A stretch of DNA of 64,000 bases from Lophium mytilinum. Its lineage: Eukaryota. Position numbers and translations under genes: made by a program. Location: NCBI GenBank assembly GCA_010093605.1, contig MU004196.1, forward strand, positions 208,606 through 272,605, written 5' to 3'. Positions 25,939-37,333 of this stretch are shown here, one piece after another. Under the pieces are notes generated by a model. That model saw only the letters and a list, made by a program, of their open reading frames with translations. It was not told the origin of the DNA and did not search any database. Numbering within the stretch: the first letter of the stretch is position 1; every line of letters begins with the position of its first letter.

Positions 25939-28693
25939 CTAAACCCCCCCACTCAGAAAGAAATCCAGCTCGCTCGGCCCGCCCCGACTGACCTCATTCT
26001 CCGCCAACTGCTCCAGCAAGCTCAAGAACGGATCCTTCTCCGGATCCGTGTGCGCGCTACCGCTCGCGCTCGCTGCGCCAGGTGTCGGCTGCTGCTGCTG
26101 CTCATACGCCCCGGTCGGGGTAGGCATGCTAAACATAGGATCGAAGCTGCCGTTGCCTCCCCCCGGCTGCTGCTGGATGGTGGAATCATGGTTGGCGAGG
26201 CTGGGGTCGTCGACGGCGGCGAAGTTGAACGAGGGGCTGAAGGGGGCCGGGGGCGTGAAGGGGGTGAAGTGGGCGGGGTCGTGGGCGGGCTTGGCGAGGG
26301 AGGTCAGGGGGCTTGTGGTGGAGGTGAGGAGAGGTGGGAAATGGGGATGTTCGGCGGAGGTGGAGGGGGCGTCGCGAGTGGCGGATTTAGAGCTGTGGAG
26401 GACGGGGCGGGGGCCGTTGGCGGTGGAGCGGCGTTTCTTGCGGCTTTCTGGGGGTGCGGCGGGTTGGTGGGAGAGCGAGAAGGTGGGTTGGGGCATGGGT
26501 TGGAGGTTGATGAGGTTGGGGCCGTTGTAGAGGATGTTGCGGTTTTCTAGGTTGTAGGAGGAGAGGCTAAGACCTTGAGTTAGTGTTGGTATGGTGGGAG
26601 GGATGGTTTGGAGCTTACACTTCGTGTACAGACTCAACCTGAATGTCACTAAAGGTGAGATGTGCACCGTCGAAAGCCTGTCCTGGATAGCGGTCGAAGA
26701 AGTCTTCCAATTGGAAAACGGGGGAGAACCGCATTGGGTTGCTGGCGAGAGATTTTACCAGCTCGGTGTGGCAGCCGTATATGGTCTGCAAAGTTTCACG
26801 TTGGTGCTGCACGCCAGCCCATATGAACCGAAGCTCGGAGAGTTGGTGCATTTCTCTTGACAAGAATTCTGAGCTCGAGGAGAATACTTCGCCTTCTCTC
26901 CCTCGATAGTGTGCCCCGTGAACGTGGATAGTGCCTGCTGTGCAGACGCAGTATCCAACAAAAGCAGGCCAGTCGATGATGGACGAAGCCCGGCCAATCT
27001 CAACGAGTTCCGCAATGGCATTGGCATGGAGAAAACAAAGATTTGTGGCTTCGATCTGCCATGATTGATGCTGTGAAGTACCAGATAGTTCCGCGAGGTC
27101 GACCGGAAGAAACGGCCGGTAGATGAGACAATGTATGAGGTGGTATATGAGTTTGCTGAGAACATAAATCGTACTATCTGGTTGTCCAAAAAGTGCTTCA
27201 ATCGACGTGAACGTGTCTTGTGTTTCGGACGCCCAGATGTCTAGTTCTTGGCGTATCTTCGAAAGATTCGACAGTGAGTGCCAAGGAAAGTGCGAATCTC
27301 CTTTGACACCACCTGCAGCAAGGTAACGGTTCGTGGTACCTAGTATCTTGACTATACCAATCAGCATACCCATACTGCCCTGACCTTGCTTGCCGGAGCC
27401 GCCCATGTACTGGAGATTCGAGCCATTGGGGAAATAATCTCCTTCGAGAAGCATAGCTCCAGGATGGAGTTGCCATGAGGGCAATCGGAGTACGATGGAT
27501 TCATCCGCGATTAATGATGGACGTTTTGATCCACACGCAGAAAATCGGTCTAGGAGGTAGCAGGACCAGAACAGTCGTCGGCGTCCTTCTCGCTCAGCGG
27601 GAGTAATTTTCATGGCGAGCGGGAGTTCCCGATGTAAGTCTAACGCGAAGGCCATGCTCACTCCGGACGCTAGAAACGTGTAAGGACCAAGAGCTTGAAG
27701 CCTGAGAATTGTGATACATACTCAGCAGCATATACGCCTTCTTTCCTCTCCCTGCCTGGTAGCTGGCTTGGGCTAGGAGGAGGAGCGTCTGCAGAGCCTC
27801 GATGGATGGCTCGTCAATGTCCAGCTCCAGCCGAGAACGTCTCGCATACTCCTGACTGACTCTGACTGCGCCGTTGTAGCCGCCGAAATGCGGTGTGTGC
27901 CTAAAGGATTTAGTAAGAGGAGTAAGATCACAGTGCCAAACATACCTCGCGCTCACTGCATATATGGCGTATGCCAGATAGGGCGGGAGCAAGCCAAGCT
28001 GCATACGCTGCCTCGTCGTTGCTTCATCCAGGATATTGTACGGCTTGCTGTGTATCCTGGTAAAATAAATGTCTAGGAGGACGTCCGGGACAACGGTTGA
28101 GGTTTGCAAGCTGCTGATTGGTCAATGCCGGTTTTGGACATCATAACTCAGACAAGAGATAGTCACCTCGATTCAGTAGGCGATATCAGCGCCGGGGTAT
28201 GATTCGGAAGAGGAGCAATGTCGACCAGGGGCCGCGGTGGCACGGTGCCGTTGTTGTTGGTGGTGTCGCTGCCGGTGTCCTGGCTCGTGGAGTCGTGATC
28301 CGGTGATGAGTCGGATTTTTTCTCACTGTGCAGCCGCTTCTCCAGCCCATCCACTCGCTTTAGCAAAGCTTCGAGAACATCTGTCTTGGGACCTCGTTTC
28401 TTCGGTACCGCATCTGTGCTCAACTGTCAGCTCCCTTGGACCAATCGAAGATCAGAATGCATGGAGCAGATGTCATACCATAGATACACGGACACGCAAA
28501 TACCTGGCAGGCTTCACAGGTTGGCCGCAGACGGTTGCATTTGATCTTCCTACTCGTCAATAAGAGGCATTGCTGCTTGGCAGAGCTCGAGTACCTTTCT
28601 CTTGCGACAGCTCTTGCAGTTCATCGACTCGCGCGGCTCGCTCGTCATTCGCCGAGGCGGGAGGCGGTCAATGCCGATCTGTGGTCGAGACAT
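25939..28693 (-). CDS. Zn(II)2Cys6 fungal transcription factor, multi-exon
   Basis: [28 protein letters not shown] cluster; fungal TF middle region ([25 protein letters not shown]); in-frame ATGs at 28693 and 28648. Confidence 0.9.
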
Positions 28694-29931
28694 TCAGACT
28701 CCAGACGGCAGTGCAAGTCGGACGGAGGGCTGCAGACGGGCAGAGGGCAGAGAGACGCATTGCTCTTGGGTGCAGGAGCGTGAGTTGGTGGGCGCGAGGG
28801 AGCCAGCAGCCGGCGCAACGAGTTTTGGACGAGGTGTTGCAGCACGCAGCAAATTAAGGTGCCTAAGGTGCCCTGCTGCCACCCAGACCCGCCACGAGTG
28901 GCATGGTGGGGAGATGGAGAGAGTCAGGGCTTTGGGCTACGGAGCACCTCAACCGCCTCAGAAGCGCGGTCGAGCCCGGCCAAGTGCCCGTCTTTTTGCC
29001 TGGGGAAGGGTTGCCGTGTAGGGTTCGCGTGACGATCGTGTCGGCAGTCAGCATCGTCGTCCCGCTCACGCTGACTGACACCGCGGAGTGTGAACGAATC
29101 TTGCCTTTGCCCCGTGTTTATAGCCTCGGTTGCACACCCCCCCGTCAGTTCCTCCGCAGTAGGTGCAAATAGACGGATTTCAATGGAATGACGCTAGTAT
29201 CTGCATGGCGTTTAGCTAGGCTCAGAGGGGTAAGAAGTATGTCGATTTTGGTGGTGACACTAACAAATTGGCACAGGGGGCTACCCTGGCGCCACCAAGT
29301 CACAAAAATTGGATACCTGCCAGAGGCTCTACGTCAGCAGCCCGTGACCTTCGGCTTCTTTATCTTTAACACTATACCAAGCGCCCCTATAGCCCTAAGC
29401 AGATAGATATAATAATAAACTGCTTCTACTAAGCTGCCTCTATAGCCCTAGTTCCTTTTTAGGCGCTTTTAGGGTTAGACTTTGCCAGCATAGTCACGAG
29501 GTAAGCTACCAAAAGATGAGGAAGTTCGGGAGATCTACCGTGATAGAGCCCGCAGCCTCATCTTATCGGCGCGTTGCCGTATACGGCCTGCACAAGCTGC
29601 CTCAAGCAGAGACCTTAGATAAGGTCTCCGGGCGTGCAGAGGTATTCCGCTAGCTAGGGGCCCCCCTACTAGCTGGCATTTTATGAACATTTGTGAATAC
29701 GAGGCTAGCCAGGGGCCTGCAGTAGCTCAAGCCTCATCACACTGATTTGCGTGGCGAATTCCCTTCTACGGCCGTGCAATTCGTCTCTGAAATCCGTCTA
29801 ATTGCTCAGTTGCGGGGCGGCAGAACCCATATGGACTGGCCCATTGATTGGGCCCTTGTTGGGCCTCACGCGGGCAGAGGTGCTGGGGAAATCTTCTGGA
29901 AATTGAGAATCCGGGGTAATAGCGTCCTCTA

Positions 29932-30268
29932 CAGTAAAACCTCGGTATAGTGTTTCCGGTGGATAGTGATATACTCTATAGAGTGATAAATTTCGGCTGA
30001 CCGTGGAAATTTGTATGGGCATAGTAATATTGTTGGTTACTATGGTATCACTAGTACCCTCTCACCAAAATCATACTAACCAGGGGGGTTTTTGTATGGG
30101 CGTGTGGTCCGTGGCACCTCCGACCACCCTCAAAGACCCCTTAATCTCGCTCTTTTGGGGGCTGATGGCTTACAAATCACCCACACGTGACTTTTGTTAC
30201 AGTGATACTCTCTGTATAGTGATACGAAACCTTGCAAAAAACCGTATCACTATACCGAGGTTTTACTG
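29932..30268. mobile_element. Tc1/mariner-pogo-type MITE, 337 bp
   Basis: Perfect 21-bp terminal inverted repeats CAGTAAAACCTCGGTATAGTG, TA on both flanks (29930-31, 30269-70), repeated internal AGTGATA motifs, no transposase ORF. Confidence 0.9.
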
Positions 30269-30522
30269 TATATGCCTGGCATGCACGGCGGCACATCTAT
30301 CCGCAATTTCGGTCTCTAGCGACGGCGTTTATGCATTGCTGTTGGCTCCGGGGAGCTGGTCTCGATGAACCGCCACCGTTACGAGTATATATACGACATG
30401 GTACATGTAGAGATGACAGGGGCTCTTGTAGATCTATGCAATGTCCTCCAAGCACAAACAGCCTCCTGCACCTAAACGGCCTCCTGCACCTGCACAGAAA
30501 GGAACCTACCTAACCAGGTTTA

Positions 30523-32547
30523 TCAAAACAGCCCTCTCCCGGACGCTAGCCGCACAAAGTCGTAGGGAACGTTTTGCCCTACCAGCAACCTGAGCGTTTC
30601 CACCGTCGTCCAAGCACTCACGTCTGCAATGCCGTACGCTGTCCACCCTGACGAGGCCGCTATAACAAGTGGGTCGCCTTTCCTTGGCCCGTTGGCGAGG
30701 TCTACAAACACCTTGCCCGCAAGACTACCCGGACTCCTTCCGTCGACACGGTAGTGCTTCAACAGAGGAACCACCAGCAACGACTTCTCCGCAGGGAGCG
30801 CCGAGATGATGACGAATGGCTGCTGCAGTCTCTTGACGTCGTCCACCGATCGAACTGGGTCGACCTCGGATGCCAAGGGCCCATGCGTCTTGAAACCGAT
30901 AGTATATATCGGGCCGATGCCCAGACTCTTCAATGCGAATATTGCTGCCGCGGCATCGGCCTCTGCACCTGCTAATACCAGTGCTGCCTGTCCGCTGTAG
31001 GCCGAGGGAACGAAATCGCGGCTCAGTGTTGCCCGGATACCTTTCCATGTCGCGTTGTCTCCTATAAAAGTAGGTCGACCTCCCTCCGAGCGCACTGTGA
31101 CCACGTCGACCTGTCCGATCGTCCTAGCAGCCGTCGAGAGTGTGGGCAGGTATGGAGCCGAGGCTGCAAGAGGAGGATTGATGTAGGCTCCGCCGAAACA
31201 TGGTCGCCGGATGATGGCGTCTATTGAGCCCTTAGGCGCCCTCTCCACGAACCTGAACTGATGCGGTAAGCCCAGCTCATTGAAGCATTTCTCAAAGAAC
31301 ATAGCTTGTGTCATCGACCGATAGCTGCCAATACCGTATATGTCCAGTTTGGGCATTTGGCCCATGCTATGAAGAGCCACGTTGATTTCTGCAGCGCTGA
31401 GCTGGCCCGGCGCAGCAATCATGGGGAGTAAAGGATGGGTGATTGGTGTAAACACCTTGTTCAATGCCCGGGACAGCTGCCCCATAGGCCCCATGTTGAG
31501 TCCAGAGAGGGGCGGATGGGGGTAGGCCGCCTGTATGGTAGAGCGAAAGTATTCTAATTCGTAGTTTTCCTGGATGGAATTGACCAGAGCAATCATCTTC
31601 ACTACGTCGCCGTACACAGCACCTCTCCTAAAGAGCTCTTGTGCCTCCGGCGATGTCCATTTGAAGGTCCCAGAAAAGTCATGGAAAGCCGAGATGATTT
31701 TGCTGTTCCCTTTCTGTTCCGCTAAGCGTCGTCTAATATCTTCTGGGAGCCATAGCTCGACATCAACGTACTCGCACCCCCACTTGATTGCCCTGGAAAG
31801 GTATTCGTAGAAAAGGTTCGGATCGTCCATAGGGAATCGGCCATTCTCTTTGGTGCACCTTGTGGTGTAGATGATAGGCAGCTCTGTACGCTGCCGCAGA
31901 AGCATGAGTTGCTCGCCAACGTACTTTAAACTCGGGACTCCACTGAATGATCCATCAGGGAGGGGTTCTTTGAGGAGATCAACTCTCAACTCCACTACGT
32001 CTGCTCCAACGGAAAGGATGTCTAGGTTCGGTAGGGCAGCATGGACGTCAGGGAACGTGGTGGATATCTGCGTAGTCCGCGCTTTCTTCGTCAAGTCCTT
32101 GTGGTGGCTAATTTGACCAAGAACAAAACCAAGAAACCGAGCTACGTCTCTTCTAAAGAATGGTGTCCTCGTATAGAGGTACTCGTAAGCACAAAGCGAT
32201 GTGAGGTCCTCATACAGCGGTTGGCCTCCGTCCACACAGTGTGTATTTATAACTAGCCGTGATCCATTCCAGTCCTGCAGCTGGGAGCCAATAGATATGT
32301 TCGATATTCCGTAAATGGTTCCTTCGAATCCCGCTTTTATTTCTGACAACGATGCGGCCAGCTCCCAAGGTTGGCCTAGAACATCTGCGATGGTATTGAC
32401 AATGCTCTCCTGTCCCGCCCCGTATATAACGAGCAATGCTGGCTTGGTCCGATTAGGAGCTCCATTGGGGAGCTCCCGGATGTCGACGAAGCCGTTGTGC
32501 TTCAGGGTGGAGGGGGGGATAACGTCGGTCTGTATCATCGTTGCCAT
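30523..32547 (-). CDS. Type I 3-dehydroquinase plus shikimate dehydrogenase-like protein (AROM C-terminal / QutR-like)
   Basis: GADVVELRVDLL, PIIYTTRCTKENG, EYVDVEL, SAFHDF, GDVVKM, NMGPMGQLSR, AAPGQLS; downstream GDNATWKGI, SDH-like and degenerate. Confidence 0.85.
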   Translation of the reverse strand: MATMIQTDVIPPSTLKHNGFVDIRELPNGAPNRTKPALLVIYGAGQESIVNTIADVLGQPWELAASLSEIKAGFEGTIYGISNISIGSQLQDWNGSRLVINTHCVDGGQPLYEDLTSLCAYEYLYTRTPFFRRDVARFLGFVLGQISHHKDLTKKARTTQISTTFPDVHAALPNLDILSVGADVVELRVDLLKEPLPDGSFSGVPSLKYVGEQLMLLRQRTELPIIYTTRCTKENGRFPMDDPNLFYEYLSRAIKWGCEYVDVELWLPEDIRRRLAEQKGNSKIISAFHDFSGTFKWTSPEAQELFRRGAVYGDVVKMIALVNSIQENYELEYFRSTIQAAYPHPPLSGLNMGPMGQLSRALNKVFTPITHPLLPMIAAPGQLSAAEINVALHSMGQMPKLDIYGIGSYRSMTQAMFFEKCFNELGLPHQFRFVERAPKGSIDAIIRRPCFGGAYINPPLAASAPYLPTLSTAARTIGQVDVVTVRSEGGRPTFIGDNATWKGIRATLSRDFVPSAYSGQAALVLAGAEADAAAAIFALKSLGIGPIYTIGFKTHGPLASEVDPVRSVDDVKRLQQPFVIISALPAEKSLLVVPLLKHYRVDGRSPGSLAGKVFVDLANGPRKGDPLVIAASSGWTAYGIADVSAWTTVETLRLLVGQNVPYDFVRLASGRGLF

Positions 32548-33025
32548 AAGAGTGTAGTTTGCCTGGTGGGATCGCGCGTAGCTAGCCGTAGGTGTTGAAG
32601 CCGTTGATGCGGAGCTGCAGCTCTACAAGAATGCGACGGGACGAGTTCAGCGGGCAAGATTTGAGGGCCGTCTCTCGCATCTCCGTGGTTTTGGGGGAGA
32701 AGATACTCCTGTGGGCACGTATTTGCGACAATTCAGGCGTGTCGGGTACTCGGTGCAGGCTGCAATGCAGTTTTGAGGTGGTGATATAGGGAGGAACAGC
32801 GAGGATGAGATCGTCGTGGGTCAAGTCAGGTCGCCGATAGCAAGGTAGCACCATTGCTTGCGCAGACGGAAACTCGAAAGCTCCGCGAAAGCCGCAGGTC
32901 ACTTTTGTTCCTCGTATGGGTCGTCGTGGTCTGTTGCCGAGCGGAGGTCTGGGAGGGGCCTCTCATGGCGCGAGAGGGCTTGGGGTTCGCCGGAACGGAT
33001 TGCCTCAAGCATCCTTGCCCTGTGT

Positions 33026-33083
33026 CGGGCACCATTTATCCGCTATGCCCTCTCCAAGCAGGCCATGGACGACATTTATCCGC
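33026..33083. promoter_or_regulatory. Two putative Zn2Cys6 binding sites (C/T)GG-N11-CCG sharing CATTTATCCGC
   Basis: CGGGCACCATTTATCCG at 33026-33042 and TGGACGACATTTATCCG at 33066-33082, 40 bp apart, about 500 bp upstream of the QutR-like ATG. Confidence 0.45.
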
Positions 33084-34749
33084 CAATCCGCGGGCTGCGC
33101 ACCAGGCCCAGCTTTCCTCTCCGCCGGTGATATAACCCTGCCCAGCTTAGCTGCCCGCCTGTAACCTTTGTAGCATCCCAGGGCGAAATTACTGGCCGGC
33201 AAATGGGACGACGACCCTCCCAGTGGACGAAATCGGACGCTCGACTATATGGTATTATAGGCGAGGATGTAGATTGGCACCGTATGCGTTCCATAGATAT
33301 GGCGTTCCTGCCTGATGCCATGGCGTACGGCCAAAACAGTCGAGAGGACCTCTGTGAGCTCGTTAAAAAGCATGACGTTTGAATCCGAAGGGAAGTCCGC
33401 TCGTCTGCTGCATGCACAGCGCGGCCTGGTGGAGGATGTTACGGCCCACGCCCGGCACGATGCTATGATCTATCCTAGTCACAGTAGCATCCGTCAGCCT
33501 AGACTAGGCGGATTCAAGGCAGAGTCTTCGGTCGGCAGTGCGGATATTTTCCGTCGGCAGAATGAAGAGCAAGTATACGTGCGTAGTCACCTCCGTCTAA
33601 TCCGCATGGCGTGTTACATCCCCAAGGAATTTGCAGAGGAAGTACTTGTACATTGTTAAGTATCAATCCAGAGGTAAAGGACTTTCCTACCGCATAGTAC
33701 GCAAGCACTCAGTGCCAAACCCTGAATCCAAAGGCAGGTATCGAGGCACCATAAGCACGAGCGAGGCGATATCTGTCTCGACTCTTCAATGCGGGAGCGG
33801 CCGCCGCAGGGGGGTCGAACCGTAACAGCAATGGAGATAAGAAAGCCTTGTGCCTATGAAAGCATTACCCCAAATGATATACCAATTCCCAAACTTAGGG
33901 ATGTTCCTTTCCTTAGATGTCACTTGTCCATAGCTTCTCTAGCCACCGCACTTTCTCTCCCTACTATTTTTCAATCTTCGATCCTACGCCTTCTTCTGAA
34001 AAGCACTTTCCTGACACTTCTCTACGATAACTCAGCTGAGGGGTACCGACGAATCACCCCTCCGATTATATCTTATACTAATAGGCAAATCGATATACGA
34101 TAGGGTTACCTTTAAGCGCTCCTTTGATAGAATATCTGATGTCCACATTAGTACTATGACCCGGAAGCTAGTTTTTCAACGTCATTTCTGTACTTCCTGG
34201 ACAGTCAGCGAAGTGTACCTCGAAATCAAGCCCTTAGCTACTTCAGTGTTTATTTTTTGGCCTCTCATACAAAACCGAAGGCATAGCCTCCGTGCCATCC
34301 ATTATGTGCATCATCGAATATATTCCAGATTGAAATTTCAGACGACGACATGCAAAATAAACTAATGTAAAGGACAAATGAGACTGTTGACGTTCCTAAA
34401 GCTAAAATGTATTCTTGGAGCATGTGAATAAGCCACAGTACCGGTATACCGACTCTGCATGCACCCATCACGCATCAATTCACAGCAAACACGCGGATAC
34501 GTTCCCCAATCTGACTAGCTCCCCACACGCACCCAGAACCGCCCATGTCCCTTCAAACCTGCTAAACCCTGCCTCAAACCCCTCTCTGCCGTGTCTGATT
34601 GGCCGCAAACTCATTCCAGTGACTCTTTGTGCGCCTGCCCCCACCAAGCCCGCTTTCCCCCACCAAGATCGCTTTCCCCCTCCCGTCTGCCACACTATCA
34701 GTACAGAATAATTTCCCGCAGTCCCAAAATCCATCGATTTACGGATCCA

Positions 34750-34876
34750 GTTCCGCTGGCGCAATGGTAGCGCGCCAGACTTCTAATCTGGAGGCTGTGG
34801 GGTATGTCATTTACCTTGCTGCGAGTAATCATGTCCGCGTACTAATGATGTATTAGTTCGAGCCCCACGCGGAATG
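34750..34876 (+). tRNA. tRNA-Arg(TCT) interrupted by a 55-nt GT-AG intron (34802-34856) between G53 and T54
   Basis: After removing the intron: acceptor GTTCCGC/GCGGAAT, D stem GCGC/GCGC, anticodon stem CCAGA/TCTGG with loop CT-TCT-AA, T stem GTGGG/CCCAC with loop TTCGAGC; oligo-T runs downstream. Confidence 0.92.
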
Positions 34877-34884
34877 CGATTATC

Positions 34885-34902
34885 TTTTTGTCATTTTTTT
34901 TT
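34885..34902 (+). terminator. Pol III oligo-T terminator of the tRNA gene
   Basis: T5 at 34885-34889 and T9 at 34894-34902, just after the discriminator base. Confidence 0.7.
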
Positions 34903-35198
34903 GGGTCTTCTGGCTTGGATTCATGTTGATGGTGAACGACACAGGCTTGGGTGGTGATGATGGTGCTATTTAGAATTTTGAGGCGACGAGCGCTCCGATG
35001 AGGACTTCTAGTTTATGGTGGTCATGGGGTGAGTTCAGTTTACAGTACCATAAAGCTGATCACTAAGTTGCTCATGCTGGTTGTATGGAGAGGTGTTTTA
35101 TTACGCGTTAGAATTATGTAGTTTTACATCCAGTGCGTATACTCTTTGCACCGTAATTTTTGAAGCCGTGAGCTACACGACTGACGCAGAATAGTATA

Positions 35199-36195
35199 CT
35201 AAAGTAATCCCGGTATAACAGCCTTCCTGTTCCCGACTTTATCCCTCCCAAATTTAGCCACATACCACCTCCATCCTTGAAGCGCTCGCGGCAGCATAGT
35301 CGCAATCTCATTGACCAAGAAGCTCCTCGCAGGATGACAGTTCAGACCCCCAACCATCCAGAATCCAGCCCACTCAATCCACTCGCAAAAGTAGTGCGCG
35401 TACAAGATGTATGCGAACAGGCCATTTTTGGGTAGCATATAGATCTTGTCCACCGTCTCCGGCGCCTGGCCTGTCTTCTCTGCTTCCGCTCGCTGTCTAC
35501 GATCGGCCGCACGCCGGATCTCGCGAAGATCGTCATCATGGTATATGTTGGCCAGCAGGCCCCAGCCCCAGATCACGAGACCGACTTCCATCCAGTATAG
35601 ACGCCCTGCCCAGTCATACACAGTGGTTGGGCCATACCCTGCGAGCCAGCCGCCGATCGAGATGGCGTTGCAGAGTTGGAAGCAAGTGGCCGCTGCCCAG
35701 ACGAAGGGGTGGATGGGAGACATGCTTGGGTTGAGGACGAGGGGCGCGAGAAGGGCGCGGTATAGGTAGTGAATAGTCTATTGTAATACGTCAGTACCTG
35801 CAGGCAGCCGACTGTCGTACGACGTCGATTCTGGAGTTATTTCGACTCACGAAGCATCCTGCCATAGTCCAGTTTCCCCAAGGCAGCTCCTCGATTCCCA
35901 AATGCTTCGGAAGCGTGAACATTATGTACAGAAGAGTAGTAAATCCAGGCGCTTCCATAGTTGCCCACGCCAGTTTGCCGGGGATGTTGAAGCGGGAGTC
36001 ATTGGAGGTTTTGCCTTGCGGGTACCAGTCTGTGATCCATTGCACGGCTGCAAACTATAATGCGAAAGAGGGTTGAGCTTTTGATCTTCGTGCCAGTTGA
36101 CGACGGGTTCTTACCAGTGGGAAGAGTTGCCAGATCCAACACAGGGTTTCCCAGTTCTCCCGGGACGGCGGAAGCCAATTCTCAATGAGTACCAT
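35199..36195 (-). CDS. 3-oxo-5-alpha-steroid 4-dehydrogenase family protein (3 exons)
   Basis: FNIPGKLAWATMEAPGF, IHYLYRALL, NIYHDDDLREIR, YMLPKNGLFAYILYAHYFCEWIEWAGF, RKAVIPGLL. Confidence 0.9.
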
Positions 36196-37333
36196 ATCCT
36201 AGATGACGAATACGCGTTGCGTACACGTCTAGTAGTTGTATGCGAAGAATTGCCTTGCGAAATGGTGAAGACGTATCACGATGTAATGAGATCATCGAAG
36301 TGCTCGGCTGTACCTGCATTTTATGTACGACGCCGCTAAGCTGCATTAAATCTTCGATATTATCTATCACCGTCCAATGAAATCCTCCAGAAGCTGTCTC
36401 ATCTATGATGAACACGATAAAGGTATCCAATCAGCCTTCAGTCCGAATGGCTCTCAAAAACTGGCTCCACTGGCTCTCTACGATACGCCGTAGCAGTTTA
36501 TCGAGGACTGTAAATCCCTTCAGCACGAACGGCATCTCTTTACCATCCTCACATTGCAAGACTTTGATTTGATTTTAGTAGAAACTTGCATCATTTTCGA
36601 CCTCGCTCGATGGTAAAGTCGCTTATTTAGTCTCAGAATAATGCTGAGTATCACGTGCTAGTCATGTGAGCGAGACCATGTCAGAGATTCCAAATCTTAA
36701 GGACGAAAGAAGAGTTTGGAAAGTCGGAAACCGGAAACGTCGACTGCCAGGCCCACATGCTAGAAACGCTTTCTCTTACCGGTCGAGCCTTTTATAGTTC
36801 CGGGCGAACAGACTTAGTGTTTCAGGCAACGCCCACGCCCTTCGTTTCTCGCGGCTGCGAAACTCACACCTCAACTCCGCGTCACCATTCGTCCTGACAC
36901 GAAGAATGAGGCGGTGCCAGGCCCAAAAGGCAGCATTTCAGACTACGCATGACAGTTATTAACGTTCACCGGCTGCCAGTTCTGCAGCGTACTAACTTAC
37001 TTCGCGATGGCGAGGCTCCCCAGGCAGAAATGCCAGCGAAGCCAGCGCGAGTTGGGCGGAGGGCGTAGACCGGAAGGCTATGGCAGTAGAGCCTCAATTG
37101 CAAGGGTAGAAGGCGTACTCTGATGAGCAGAGAAAACGCGAGACCGCGCCTGCAACCTTCTCAAGTCTTTTGATTTTCTAAATTTTCACCTGCCCTCCGG
37201 TCAGTTTCAAGGGCTTCACGCGTCACTTTTTTGTCATTTCCTCAGCCTCGTCATCAGCCTCTTTCCTTCAGCCTCAGCCTTGTTGACTTTCTCCTGTCTC
37301 TTTGCACCTCCCTAAGGGCGCAGAAAGGAGAAT

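Noticed and set aside
28863..28904. 13-codon upstream ORF in good Kozak context before the Zn2Cys6 gene
   Set aside because: Transcription start unknown and no conservation evidence.
29469..29478. TTAGGGTTAG (CTAACCCTAA on the minus strand) as a telomerase RNA template
   Set aside because: Under 800 nt of free sequence before the TF coding region, a TA-rich decayed context, and no recognisable pseudoknot or three-way junction.
36915..36936. SRP helix-8-like CAGGCCCAAAAGGCAGCA
   Set aside because: No GNRA loop and no surrounding SRP structure; TGCCAGGCCCA recurs at 36745, which looks more like a promoter motif.
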